Part shown: piece by piece, positions 1-13,805 of the stretch
Numbering within the stretch: the stretch's first letter is position 1
How the letters are laid out: every line of letters begins with the position of its first letter
Assembly (NCBI GenBank): GCA_051362555.1
Contig: CM120643.1
Coordinates: 15,412,644-15,476,643, forward strand
Reading direction: 5' to 3'
Length of the DNA: 64,000 bases
DNA from: Lingula anatina
Lineage: Eukaryota; Animalia; Brachiopoda
Program-made: the position numbers and the translations under genes
The notes under the pieces: generated by a model
The model's database searches: none
The model's input: only the letters and a program-made list of their open reading frames with translations
Told to the model about the DNA's origin: nothing

Positions 1-2265
1 AATTATTCATTATGCTATGCAAACCGAATCTAATTGAAAGTAATTATGAGAATTTGTCTTTGCTCATTTTTTCACTCTGCATTTTGCTAGCAATTATTTG
101 TCTTCATTATTGGACATTCAGGCAATTACAGAAATTATACCTGCAGTTTTTAAACAGTATTGAAGTCTGTAGTGTGCTGGGGTTTGCCTTACTTGAAATA
201 AAAACTAGCGTCAGTCTTTTTATTGAAGCCCATTAGTATTGAGGAAAGTAGACCACATCTGAAGCCAGAGATGAAAATGGATAAATTTTGGGAAATTACA
301 GCTTATTTGATTGTTTGTATTTTTTTTAATTTATCATATTACAGACAGTTACATGTTCTTTGTCTTGCCAAATTTTTGTCAGTCTTCATCATAAAACCTG
401 ATCTAATTAGTGCAGGTATTACTGTGCACAGGTGTCATATTAGTATGCTGTTCTTGGCTAATCAGTTTAATGCAGGTGTCTTATTAGTATGTTAACTGAT
501 CAGCTGTGACATCTAGTGATCAGTACTAATACAAAGAAAGTGTAACTTTTTGTGATATCATGATAGAAAAACAATTTGGATTTATTTAGGGACTAATGAG
601 TCCAGACATTCTTCAAAAACTTGTTTGATAATAACCATAATGGAACTTGTAAAATAAATCTTTTTTAGTAAATGACTTTTCTTATGTTAATCTTTATGCC
701 AGTGGTTATTTTTTAAAGTTTATCATTACTTATATTAAATAGGGGGTTAAATGTCTAACATCATTGCAAATTTTGGCCCCTAAAAATTTAATTTAATTCC
801 CTTTAACTAAAAAGGCTGTTCAAACATATAATGACTTGTAATTGGACCCCCCCCATCTCAAACAATGCCAGGTCTCAATTTTTAAACTTTCTAACTGATC
901 TCTACTGTGGGATTGCTGCATTTGGTTTGTGTTTATCATTTTTGAAAAGTTATAGTAAATAAAGAGGGAACCTCACCCTTATTAGTTTAGGACCTCACTC
1001 AGCTAACAGATGAATGCTCAAAGAACACTTAGGGAACGTACGTCAGGTTTATGTCACCATGTACAGTATTGTTGCTATTTAATTCCTTCCCCAAAGTAAT
1101 GAACACTAGAATGTGGTGGTGTATTCAGTTTATTAGTTTAAGCTTTTCATCACATGTCGGTTTTTTTTTTTTTTTGGGGGGTACGTACCGACACTGCGAC
1201 AGACCAAAAATTCTAAAATCCGCACCGTGCCAACCGCTGTCGACCGCTGCTTGCTATCTGGGCAAATAAAACCGACACATCATAACATTGTGGGAACGTA
1301 GATGTGTTCATTAAAGTTGTGCAAATTAAAGTGATGCAAAATTTGAGAACCTTGTTTCATGTTTCCCCCTCTAAAACTAGCAAAAGACGTATAATTTAAT
1401 TTCATTTAAAGGATCTTGCTGGCAACCATTCTCGGGTCAAATGATAACAGTTGCAGTGTAGAACGTTAGAATAACGTTTTCTGAACGTTTGTTGATGTTC
1501 TAACTACTTTTACTTTTATGTCACACCTAGCAGAAAGAGGAGAGTATGAGTATCCCAGGGGCGGATCCAGGATTATTATATAGGATGCGAAGCCAAACAC
1601 ACCCACCCCCCACCCCCCAAGTTTTTTTTTTTTTTTTTCGAATGTATTTCTTAAAATGAAATTCACTAGTTAAGCATAAACACACACAAAAAAAAATGTA
1701 AATAAATAAATAAAAAAAGGTTATTGTAAAACGCAATTTAATCATTTTTAATCAAAGTTTGTTCAATATTAATATATAGGCCTATTTCATCATTCCCGGA
1801 AGAAATGAACCCTAGAACATGGTGTTTTCAGTTTAATAGTTTATTTAATCTTTTCATCACATGTCGATGATTTCGGGCACATATACCGACAGTCCGAAGG
1901 ATCTTAAATCTGCACGTCCCTGGTTGCCGATTAGCCCCACCTCCTATTTGAATTAGGCGGTTTCCCATGAGTTTGTCTCTAATACTTCCACACCCATTTA
2001 CTTTTTTTTTGTTTTACTAAGGACGGTTGTTTGAGCACCTCGCCTATATTTAAGCCTGTATTGTCTAGCATTCCCGATAATACACAAATACGACTGTCTA
2101 TTATATGGCCAGTACATGACTCACTTGTTTTTGCATTTTTCCACAGCAAGAAACACGCGTTATAGCTCACCAATGGAAATAAACGATCTAAAAATAGACC
2201 CAAGTAGGACTTTTTGGGTCATCGTTCTCAGCGGTGCGATCATTAAGTCATTGTACTTTTCGAGA

Positions 2266-5200
2266 ATGCTCGGCGACGACGAGAAAACCAAAATGAAAGA
2301 AGACAATTCAGAGGATAAAAAAGAGACCCAAACACCCAGAAAAGGGGGCAAAGTTAAGGTGAGCATACATGAATGAGAGAAATTTATCCATGTGAATGAA
2401 TGAAATGAACGGTGATATCGTCTGACAGTGATCTGAGAGTGGGTGTTTCAGAAAAGAACACTACCAGTTATTTTGTCAGCACCGAGACCGTATCATTTGG
2501 CCGCTGATATAATTGAATAAAAAACTAGACTCTCTCTCTCTCTCTCTCTCTCTCTCGTCACAAATTTTGACTGGGAAATCAGCACTTTTTAAAAACGTTT
2601 CCCAGTGATATACATTGTATCCTTATATAAAACATTCTTTTTGCTGATATATCACATAGTAGATATAAAAATCGTCAATTAGGAGTACTAACACATGAAT
2701 GTCTAGCAAACAGTTTTATAATCATTGTGAAAGGAAACCCTCAGAGTGCAATTACTCATGTACAGTTTTTTTTTCATTGTGATTTCAGATATTATAGCGA
2801 GTTTTTTAAGTCTTACTCTTCAGCAGTTCTAGCTAAAAGATCAATAATAATTTGTAGTATTGAGCATGGTTCAAAATGCAATCAATGAAGGAAAGGCAGA
2901 TCTATACATGATGTTTTGATTAGCAAAAGGTACTAAAACAGAAAAGAGTCCATAGCATTATTAACAATGGAATAAGACCAGCTACATGTAATACAAACGT
3001 GTGTCAGTCTCTCCCCCCCCTGATCAGTCCCTAACAGTTTGCTGCATGAAAAGTAAATTGTGTCTTGCTGTTGCATGTCCACGTACTAGCTCTTTCTTGT
3101 AAACAAGCCAATTGTTGTTTGACCTTCTAAAATGTCCTTTAATTTTTCATCAAAGGCATATTGTTGTTAACTTTTATTGATCGATTATACTACATGGTAT
3201 CAAATTGTGTTTATATACCTGTTAAGTATTTAGTGTTATAGTGCTAGTGGCACATCACACCATATGTTACGTCTGTATGAATTATATTGGGGTAGTATTG
3301 TGAATATTATTGATATTATGGCATATTTCAAAGTTGATGTGAGGTCAACTTTAATAAACGCAGTTCATGTATTTATTTACATTTCACAGTCACATGATTC
3401 TGAGAAGGGTAGATTAAGTGTAAAATGTCAGTATTTTCTTTTTAACCTGAAATTGACATAATTTTTTCAATTTAAATCTGTTTTATGCTAGTATTTTTGA
3501 TCACCTAAAATATTAAAAATTTATTTCCACTGTTGTTTTGTGAAATGATAAAGATCATATTAGAAGTCCGTTTGTACAGGTAGAACTGTATGTGGGAAAA
3601 TAGTTTGAACAGGATAAGAATATGGCCTTTCTTTGTAGAAGCAGTCATCAGGAAATTAGACCATTATTTTCATATATTTTCACAGCACATGCATATTATT
3701 GCTTAGCAGTTGAACAATAGCTAGGTTAAGGCAGACATTTAGTATTTGCCCTATCCAGTACAGAATTTCTCTGGATGGTATTTACTGCATTTACTGTAAA
3801 TGATCTAGACCCCCCTCCCAGCCAACAAATGTTTGTTTTATCGTTTTCCAACCTGTGGCTTATACTGAGCTGATCTCCCATCATAGAATATAACTCTTTC
3901 ACTTTATAAATTTTTGTTATGTTTTATTATTATTATTGTTATTATATTTTTTCAACATGTCGGACTATCCCCAGGGGCGGATTTAGGCCGTCTTCTGGGT
4001 CTTCCAGAAGACGGTCAGATTTTCAAGTTTACATTGACGGGTATCCAATTTTTAATGTTGGAAGACGGTCAAAATTGGAGGATGAATCAACAAAGATAAT
4101 TTGGAAGACTGTCAGTATATAGCTCTGGATCCGCCCCTGATCCCCATCTCCCTCTGAATGAAAATCAATCACCAGGTCATTGCTCATATGATTCTCTGTC
4201 AGTTGAAACAATCTTGTGGTATTTTAGGACATAATGTGGTTGGCCATGTGATGGAAGTCCTGAGCACTGCTGTAATTGAAAGCTATATATGAAACACTAC
4301 AAGATAATACTTCTGGTCTAAAATGTATATATAGCCATTTTGCCTAGTGGAATCCCTTGAGATGATATAAGTTAGAAACCCAAGATGTGAGGTCTTGATA
4401 AAGGTAAAAACATATACTGCTATGTTTTTTTTTATCTGCATAGCTATGAGAATGAATAAACATCACAGTACTTTAAATTCTTGGATTTAGGGAGGGATGG
4501 ATTGGGTCTCGCCCCCTCCCCCCCTTTAGCTTTGGAGGTACACTTCTTCAAGTTCTCTCTCTCTCCAACAACTGTGTCATAAGTGAAATGAGTTTAAATG
4601 AAGCAGTTTTTATATCAATGTATCCTACATATGAAAGCACTATTATGTACTTGTTGAGCCCCCCCTCCTCCCCCCCAAAAAAGAAAAAAAAAACATATGT
4701 GCCTTTCCCTCTCCAGGATTCACCAGTAACTGTACCACCACTTGGGAGTGCAGCCTAATGTTTTGTTAAATTCACACATACTAGTAAGTAAATGCTTGCG
4801 AAAATCCATTTTCTTGATAACTTGAGTTCTTATCCAAATTTCCCCATGCCCATTGCATTTGTCAGGGTATATTACACTGAGTATTGATTTATTCCTTCCT
4901 GAAAAAGAAAAAGCTTTTTACTTTCAAATTTCGTGGTAAAAAGACACTCATAAAACAGCCTGTGATCTGACAGATGGTAAAGGATCTTATTTTCTAATTT
5001 CGGAAAATTCTAGTATATATTCATTTATTGAGTGATTCCACGTTTGATATGTTGTAGACGAAGCCCGCTTTGATTTAAAATACATGTATTCAACCAATTG
5101 TAACTCAGTATCTTGATAATGCTCACAGTCAGCAAAATTTATTTTCCCAAAATTAAAAAAAAGCCCTTTCATGTTTTTCTTAGGAGGTAATCACCAAAGC

Positions 5201-8200
5201 TACTTAAGTCACTTTTTGATGATTAAAGCTAAGATAGATTGATGTCACTTTAATGACAAGGATATTTTTAACGACAAATAAATGTTGTGGATGTAAAGAA
5301 AATTGAAGAATCTGAACTCAGATCTTCAGATAAATACTGGGTAATCAGTTAACAACTATATATGTATAAAAAACAGAATATAGCAAAATATTACAATAAA
5401 TGCAAAAAAAGGATCAAAGTCATTACTGGCTGCGTGACAACAGAAAGACTGGAACTATGATGCCAAGTCTCAGGAGAGACAAACTATTGTTACACTTCAG
5501 GATAGAAGAATTGTTTTCTGCACCGTGGGCGAGACAGCTGAAACCGTTGCTACTTGTCATTAGCAACAATACTATTGGAAATACTCCTAGAAGGTGTACA
5601 AAATTAATTTTCTTTTTCATGGCATTTCTCAGTTTTCCTATGATGTTATTTGCAATGTAAAAACAAGTTTTGTTTTCCAAAACACCCCCCCCCCCCCCAA
5701 AAAAAAAAAAAGGGAAAATTGGATCAGCACTTACGGCTCATTCTGAATAAAACTTTCATTCTACATAGGTCATATGATTATGTGGGGACTCTTGCTGACT
5801 GCAGTCAGATTATCAGATTAGAGGGATAATAACTCTTCGTTTTGGCCAAAAAATGAATTTTCCTTTAGTAAAGAACAATTTTTCCATACTTACCAATGGT
5901 GAATGAATCCTTTTATTACATTCAAAGTTGTTCCCTGGTTTTTTTCTAAAAAGTTTGGTTTTTTGTTATAATCTCTTAAGAGATTATAACAGAGTATAGC
6001 CATCAATGGAGATCACGTGGTCTAAAGACAAGCTCAGATATCAGAATAATAGCTGTAACTGCCGTTTTTGTGGTACAACAGAATATGTTATATTTCTATG
6101 AGATGTTCACAATGTTTTTTATTGTGAAATATAGATCTCATACTAAGAGTTATTATCCCTTTAACATGCCTCCTGGCAGTGAGTAGAATACAGAAAAGCT
6201 GGTGATTTTATGTGTATGCTGGGAACAAAAGGAAGCGTGTTAATCTGTTAATCTGATTGCATTCAACAAGAGGTCCCTGCGGAGTTGGATCTGTCTATGT
6301 AGAACAATAGTTTCACTGGGATTGAACCCTTAGAAAATCACTCCACATCATCACAACATCTTATTCAAGGCAATTTTAAGGGTTGCGTACAGTGAGAGTT
6401 TAGTAATAAACTGTAAACTTTTCAGTCTCTTAGGGACCATTCCCACAGTTATTTGGATCGATCTATCTCCCTGGGGAGTCTCACGAAATTGCTATCAAGC
6501 ATACTGGCCTAAATGTCTGTCACCCCCAGTAAAGCTGTTAGGGGGTAATTATCTTTACCCCTAGGGATGGGAACCCAGTCTTACTCATCTACCCCTAGAG
6601 CTTTCAGTCTGAACTTAAATCTGCACTACCTAAAGAGTGTTATGTATTTATTATTGTAATTTGTGCATCAACATATATCAATATTTTCACAGAGTACAAG
6701 GCTTTGTCCTGCAGGGTAATAATTGTAGAACTGAAAGTTAAGTACGTCAGACAGTCAGGCGCTTGAAAGGGTATTATGTAGGGGATGAAGGGCAAACTTG
6801 TCCTATTAAGTAGAAAATTGGAAATTTGTGGAACATTAAGCAATTGATAGGAGGCTGCATTAGGAAGCCAAATCTAGCTAGAGCGCAAATTTTAAAGCAA
6901 AGATTCTAAGAGTGCGTGAGATCTTGAAGACAGCTTTTGTGGCTCTGGTACAGATTTCCCGTTTATCCAATATGAAGAAATTAGAGGTAAGACCAGTCAA
7001 ATGTCAAGTATTTGTATGTCTTACAGCTAGGATAAATGTGTATTCTGATAGATGAATATAGATAAATATATCCAGTGAAAGCTTTGACCAGTGAAATGTG
7101 TATTTTACGGTGAAATGATTTGCTTTGACGTACTGGCCTCCTAATACATGTTCTGTTCACGTTATACTTGATGATATTTGATCAGAATGTCATGAGCATT
7201 GTTTTGGTAATTTTTTATAGGTTTCACTTTGCACTGCTCAAAGAATATACAAAATACAATGCATAAACAAAACAATACCAGATTTTTTTAAGCCTGACCA
7301 GTTGGACAAAGAACTGTTTCACAGCAATATAGCCTTTAATGCAGATTCCATGTTGCACTTAATTTAGAAAAGTCCCTATAGTGCTGCTGATTTCATTAAC
7401 TTTAATACCATGGGCATTTTTCGATTCTTCAAAGCCTGTTCAGGCGTAAGATGACATTGTTCTTTCTGACATGGAGGAAACAACCACTATTCAGGGAATT
7501 GGATCATTTCCCCTAAGTTCAGATATTCTTACGTTGTTTTACTGTGATTACTTCAGAGATGAATAAAGTAATACAGTTGATTAAAAGGAGCAAAGGATTA
7601 TAAGAATATTTTTTCTATTTAACAGCTTGCTAGCCCTTTAGGCATTAGTTAAATGATATGTAGTGTGTGGGTTTTAATGCCCCAAAGGAATTCAATTTTG
7701 TATTTGTTTCACTGTTACAGTATTTGAATGGCAATAATTAAGGCAGAATAAAAATCAAAAGTTTTCCAAGAAAGACCAAAATTTAGTGAAATAAAATAAT
7801 TACCTTTCATTATTTCTTAACACTTATTTACATACTTCAGGCTGTTTTCAAAATTGTGAATAGGTAAGTAAAAATTGTATTTAAGAAAAGGGGATATTTT
7901 ATGGTGAGTTCCATCTCCAAAATTAAATTGCATTCGGGCTAATGCATGTACTAGTAAGTTCATAATTTTTTAGCCACTGGTGAAGTTCATGCATGACAGC
8001 AAAGATTACTCATTGAGAGTCCCAATTTATAGATCTAAATTTCATTATTACATTACAATTGGAAACTCAATATCCCTCAGTGATAAAGGGCTGTAATTTT
8101 CAGGAAAATGAAATTTGTCGACTATTGGATAAGCTTGTGAGGCTTATGTATTATTTGAAATCAAAGACAAATCAGTTATGAGAGGACTGTTTGTGGAAGC

Positions 8201-11200
8201 TGCATATTTAGGTATTACTCAATATCTGACACTGCAAGGTGTTTGAATGGTTGAAATGTCTGTTGGAGCTCTAGGCCATTGTGGGTGCACATGGTCCTGT
8301 TCACTTGAGATATGTCTGCATGGGTTCTGAACTGGTGAAGAGATATGCCTGTATTGATCTGTATTAGTTCCGAGTTATTCAGGTGATCAACAGTTTATCA
8401 GATTACATTATGTTGATTGAGTAACCAGTCTCGACTAATTCAAACAGCCTTCTTGATCCATGCTGAGCAAATGCTGTGAACCTAGTGGATTAACTGCATG
8501 CAAGGGAATCAAGGTTTTCTGTGAAGAATTTTTACTAGTTTTAGAATTGGATCAGATTGTCTAACTCAGAGCTGACTTGATAAATCGTATATGAACAGAG
8601 TTACAGAATTATCCCGCCGCAGGTATCTCCGTTTGGTGAATATATAAATACTCATGCACCATGCACAAGCAATTCTTTGCACTCAGGCATAGGCAGTAGA
8701 GGTCTAATATTGGCATATCACAAAATAGCTTGCCGTTTTAAGATACGGTTACAAGGCCACAGGTGTGTGTTGACGCAGGGCTTGTTAAATGAAATTCAAT
8801 ATAATAAATTGTTTTTATAAATTGCAGACATGAGCTTTTTCAGCGGAAACGTGGAATTTCGCGTTTTTTAATTCAATTCTGATGGTTCCTGAGATTCATC
8901 AAGATCTGCAATATAATGTATGTTCAGAGGGGTTTTTTTTTAAACCTTGGCTCATGTCTGAAATTGTGTTTATTATTTATTGTACCACCAGCGTTAGCGC
9001 TGGCGGTACACATGGTTTCGGTCCCGTCCGGATCGTTCCGCCGGCTCCGCCGGCTCCGCCGGCTCCGCCGGCTCCGTTGGCTCCGCCGGACGGCTACCGT
9101 TACCGCTTCTCCTCCTAGACGGTAAGGGCCCCCGTACTCATCTCATGGATTTAGGTCACCTATAATCTCAACTCGTTCCACGTAAAATTTGGGCTTTGTC
9201 GGTATTGGGGTCTGGGTGTGGCACTCATTGCAATGCACCCTTGTCTAAAAATGGCAAAATTAAATGCTAATTATCTACCCTACGGAAGGAGTTATGGGAA
9301 AAATTTCTATAGACGGCTTTCCAAAAGTCATATGTGTAGATTTCAAATATACCCTTGGATTTGACCTTTGACCTCTACTTCAAGGTCAAATGGGCCAAAA
9401 TTTTCAAAAAAATGAAATTTTTTACGAAAAAAAATTTTTTTGCCCTGTTATTCAGACACCACACAGACTTAACCAATAATATTATTGGAAAGTGTTACCC
9501 TTCAGGTCATCTTTCATCTCCATGAATTTGGGGTCAATCGGTGCATTTTCATGGGAGAAGCGGCCATAAGATACCGAAACTGAAAACTGTCTCTAATTCG
9601 GGAACCGTTAATGCTAGAGACCCATTCTTTTTTGCATTTTGTAGAGCATGTAAAGCCCAACACTGGAGGTGGTCTCGGTTTTTTTGTATTCCATACGGTT
9701 TTCGAGTTACGCTGTATCAAAAAGTACATATCGGTGGTAAAAGCAAAATGTGCAGTACGGTAATGGATAATAAATTTTGAACTCTGGAAAAATAAAACAT
9801 AAGGCTTGGCAAAGCAGACAACTTGTGTTCAAAAATGACATTATTTCATCAAATTTGAACTTCTGAAACTTCAGAGCACCTCCTATTTCAAGAATTTTGA
9901 CCAAAATGACATTTTCTTTATTTTAATTAATTTTTTCTGTACGAAATTTAAGGCACATTATGGTAACTCCAAAATTATAACATCTAGTCCCTTATATCTC
10001 CAAAACTGGCAGAGATAGGTCCATAGTTACTATTGAAGTTGAATAGGAAGTCATATACTGGCAATCTTACTATGACCTTGAAATTGACCTTTGACCTACT
10101 TTTCACCATGAACTGAACTTTGCAAATTTTTCTTCCCTTTTATCTCCAAAACTGGCAGAGATAGGTCCATAGTTACTATTGAACTTGAATAGGAAGTCAT
10201 ATACTGGCAATCTAAATGTGACCTTAAAATTGACCTTTGACCTACTTTACACCATGAACTGAATTTTGCAAATTTTGCTTTCCTTTTATCTCCAAAACTG
10301 GCTGAGATAGGTCCGTAGTTACTATTGAACTTGAATAGGAAGTCATATACTGGCAATCTATATGTGACATTAAAATTGACCTTTGACCTACTTTTCACCA
10401 TGAACTGAACTTTGCAAAATTTGCTTCCCTTTTATCTCCAAAACTGGCAGAGATAGGTCCATAGTTACTATTGAACTTGAATAGGAAGTCATATACTGGC
10501 AATCTAAATGTGACCTTAAAATTGACCTTTGACCTACTTTTCACCATGAACTGAACTTTGCAAATTTTTCTTCCCTTTTATCTCCAAAACTGGCAGAGAT
10601 AGGTCCATAGTTACTATTGAAGTTGAATAGGAAGTCATATACTGGCAATCTAAATGTGACCTTAAAATTGACCTTTGGCCTATTTTACACCATGAACTGA
10701 ATTTTGCAAATTTTGCTTTCCTTTTATCTCCAAAACTGGCTGAGATAGGTCCGTAGTTACTATTGAACTTGAATAGGAAGTCCTATACTGGCAATCTAAA
10801 TGTGACCTTAAAATTGACCTTTGACCTACTTTTCACCATAAACTGAACTTTGCAAATTTTGCTTCCCTTTTATCTCCAAAACTGGCAGAGATAGGTCCAT
10901 AGTTACTATTGAAGTTGAATAGGAAGTCATATACTGGCAATCTAAATGTGACCTTAAAATTGACCTTTGGCCTATTTTACACCATGAACTGAATTTTGCA
11001 AATTTTGCTTTCCTTTTATCTCCAAAACTGGCTGAGATAGGTCCGTAGTTACTATTGAACTTGAATAGGAAGTCCTATACTGGCAATCTAAATGTGACCT
11101 TAAAATTGACCTTTGACCTACTTTTCACCATAAACTGAACTTTGCAAATTTTGCTTCCCTTTTATCTCCAAAACTGGCAGAGATAGGTCCATAGTTACTA

Positions 11201-13772
11201 TTGAAGTTGAATAGGAAGTCATATACTGGCAATCTAAATGTGACCTTGAAATTGACCTTTGACCTACTTTTCACCATGAACTGAACTTTGCAAACTTTTC
11301 TTCCCTTTTATCTCCAAAACTGGCTGAGATAGGTCCATAGTTACTATTGAACTTGAAAAGGAAGTCATATACTGGCAATCTAAATGTGACCTTAAAATTG
11401 ACCTTTTACCTACTTTACACCATGAACTGAATTTTGCAAATTTTGCTTCCCTTTTATCTCCAAAACTGGCCGAGATAGGTCCATAGTTACTATTGAACTT
11501 GAATAGAAAGTCATATACTGGCAATCTAAATGTGACCTTAAAATTGACCTTTGACCTACTTTTCACCATGAACTGAATTTTGCAAATTTTGCTTCCCTTT
11601 TATCTCCAAAACTGGCTGAGATAGGTCCATAGTTACTATTGAAGTTGAATAGGAAGTCCTATACTGGCAATCTAAATGTGACCTTGAAATTGACCTTTGA
11701 CCTACTTTTCACCATGAACTGAATTTTGCAAATTTCTTTCTCTTTTAACTTCAAACTTGACAGAGATAGGTCCATAGTTACTCTTGAACTTGAATAGGAA
11801 GTCATATACTGGCAATTTACTGTGACCTTGAAATTGACCCTTGACCTACCTTACGAAGAACTTAAATTTGATTGTACCATATATATTTTTTGCAATAGTT
11901 TAAAAATTCTTGTTGATTGCATTTTTACAGCTTGTCAAGCACAAAACTGGTGGCTGTGTCCCTTATTTTGTGTATGTGGGGGTCTATACGAATGCGTTTG
12001 CTCCAGCTGGTGGTACAATATTTGGAGGCGGTATCGCCTCTCTGATCCTCTAGTTAATAAATTGTTTTTAGCCACTATAGTACTTGATTTTCAATTTTAC
12101 ACTTACGGTGGCTGTCAGCATGGGTACTTAAGGAATTCTTTGTTTAATGGTCATTCTGGCAATGCATACACATCCATTTACAGCCATATTTCTTTTAAAA
12201 TATTAGATTATGCTATTATAAAAATGTTCCCCATTGACTTCTGTAATACTTCAGCTGTTTTGGCTATGAAAAGAAAAGCATGGAATTAGTCATGTAGCAT
12301 TAAGTTTTTTTTATTTCAAGGTTTAAGGTGATTAATATTAGTATTAGACCCCATTCCCATAGATTAGATCGATCTACTTTAGATCTACCTAACTCCCTGG
12401 GGGTTCACGCTAAATAGCTGTCAGCCGAGCGGGCACGAAAGTTAATTACCCCCTTAAAGCTTGTAGTAGGTGGGATGGACATTTAAGCCGGATTCTCTGA
12501 CAGTAATCTAGTGAGACTCCCCACGGGGATAGATCGATCTAAAAGCTCTGGGAATATGCCCTTACTCTCCTATATATTCACAATAACTTGTTGTTATTAT
12601 GTCAATATTTTACTAGCTGTTTAGAGATAAATAAAACCAATTATGGCATGATATGTTCATGCCTCAGTTGTCATCTCTTGTCAATTACTAACATTATTTG
12701 ACTTCAAAATTGCAAAAAATTTCCAGCTGTCTCTCCCCTCCACACACACACTTCAGCACAGAATTTCAAAATTTATATAAAAAAATACAAGAAATGAAGA
12801 TTTTCTACATTATAAATGACATTCAGTGTATAAGTCCAAATCAATCAAAGTGAAATAATATTTAACAAAAAGCTCTGGGAGAAAAGGACAAAGTCTTTTG
12901 AGTAAACCTTATACTTTTAGTGGAGGTTTTCCATCAATTTATAAAGTGAACCTTGAAATTCATACAAAAGTCATAATTTCTAAAGTGACAGAGTTAAAAG
13001 GGCAACTGGTTGCTTTAAGTGGTCTCATTGTTTGCACATTCATACCTGAGTTGTTTGATTAAGAGACTTATTAAGTTTCTGTGTTGCCAGTTTATCTTAT
13101 TGGTACACACTGCCAGGTAAAATGTCATTTAATTTGTTGCCTTAACGTCAAATGTGAATTGTCTGAAATTTAAATACCGGTAGGCATAGAAGACTTCTTT
13201 CACATTTTTGCCATATTAATTGTTCAATGAAATATCATTCTCAGGTGTTCCTCAAGTAAGGATTTAAATCGAAGATCAAGTTCTGAAATTTTCAGAAAAT
13301 TTGGAAACAAATCTGTAATTCAAAGTTATGTAGTATGAAGAATCTTCTATTTATTCCCCTTACTTTTACTAGTATTAGGACACTTAACATTAGATAGATA
13401 GTAAATTTTCTGATAATTTATCCTCTCTCATTTGAAAATTCAATATTTCCAAGCTTGAATCCATTATACAATAATGTGTATTTAATGGATCCAAGCTCCA
13501 AATTATGTTATCTTCAGATGTTGAGAAATGTGGTCCCCTTTACTGCATTAAGTGCATTGATTCTCAACTGTAGCAATCAATTCTCTAACTCAAAAAGTCA
13601 TAACTGTTACAAATACTGTCACTGCTTTAAAATATTGCATATGTGTTATTTTTATTCCACCTGGATTAATAATGGTACACAAATGTTATTAGAATACTAG
13701 AAGTTTGTCAGTGATAATTAAACATGTAATACTATATGATTACTGATTGAGATTAATTTTCCCTTTTTTTTA

Positions 13773-13805
<33 letters not shown>

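Noticed and set aside
138-2175. 5' exons of a divergent minus-strand gene (donor-like GTGAG at ~2124 and ~2170; AG/GT-bounded blocks near 141-258)
   Set aside because: No recognisable protein, and one implied intron is only 26 nt; possible but unsupported.
8882-9904. ORFs shared by both element copies as a transposase
   Set aside because: Short, with no Rep/helicase or DDE motifs; conserved only because the DNA copies are young.
9990-11850. 146-bp array as a CRISPR array or a coding repeat (ORFs 10096, 11264, 21233)
   Set aside because: Units are contiguous with no unique spacers, there are no cas genes, and the period is not a multiple of 3; the ORFs are by-products.
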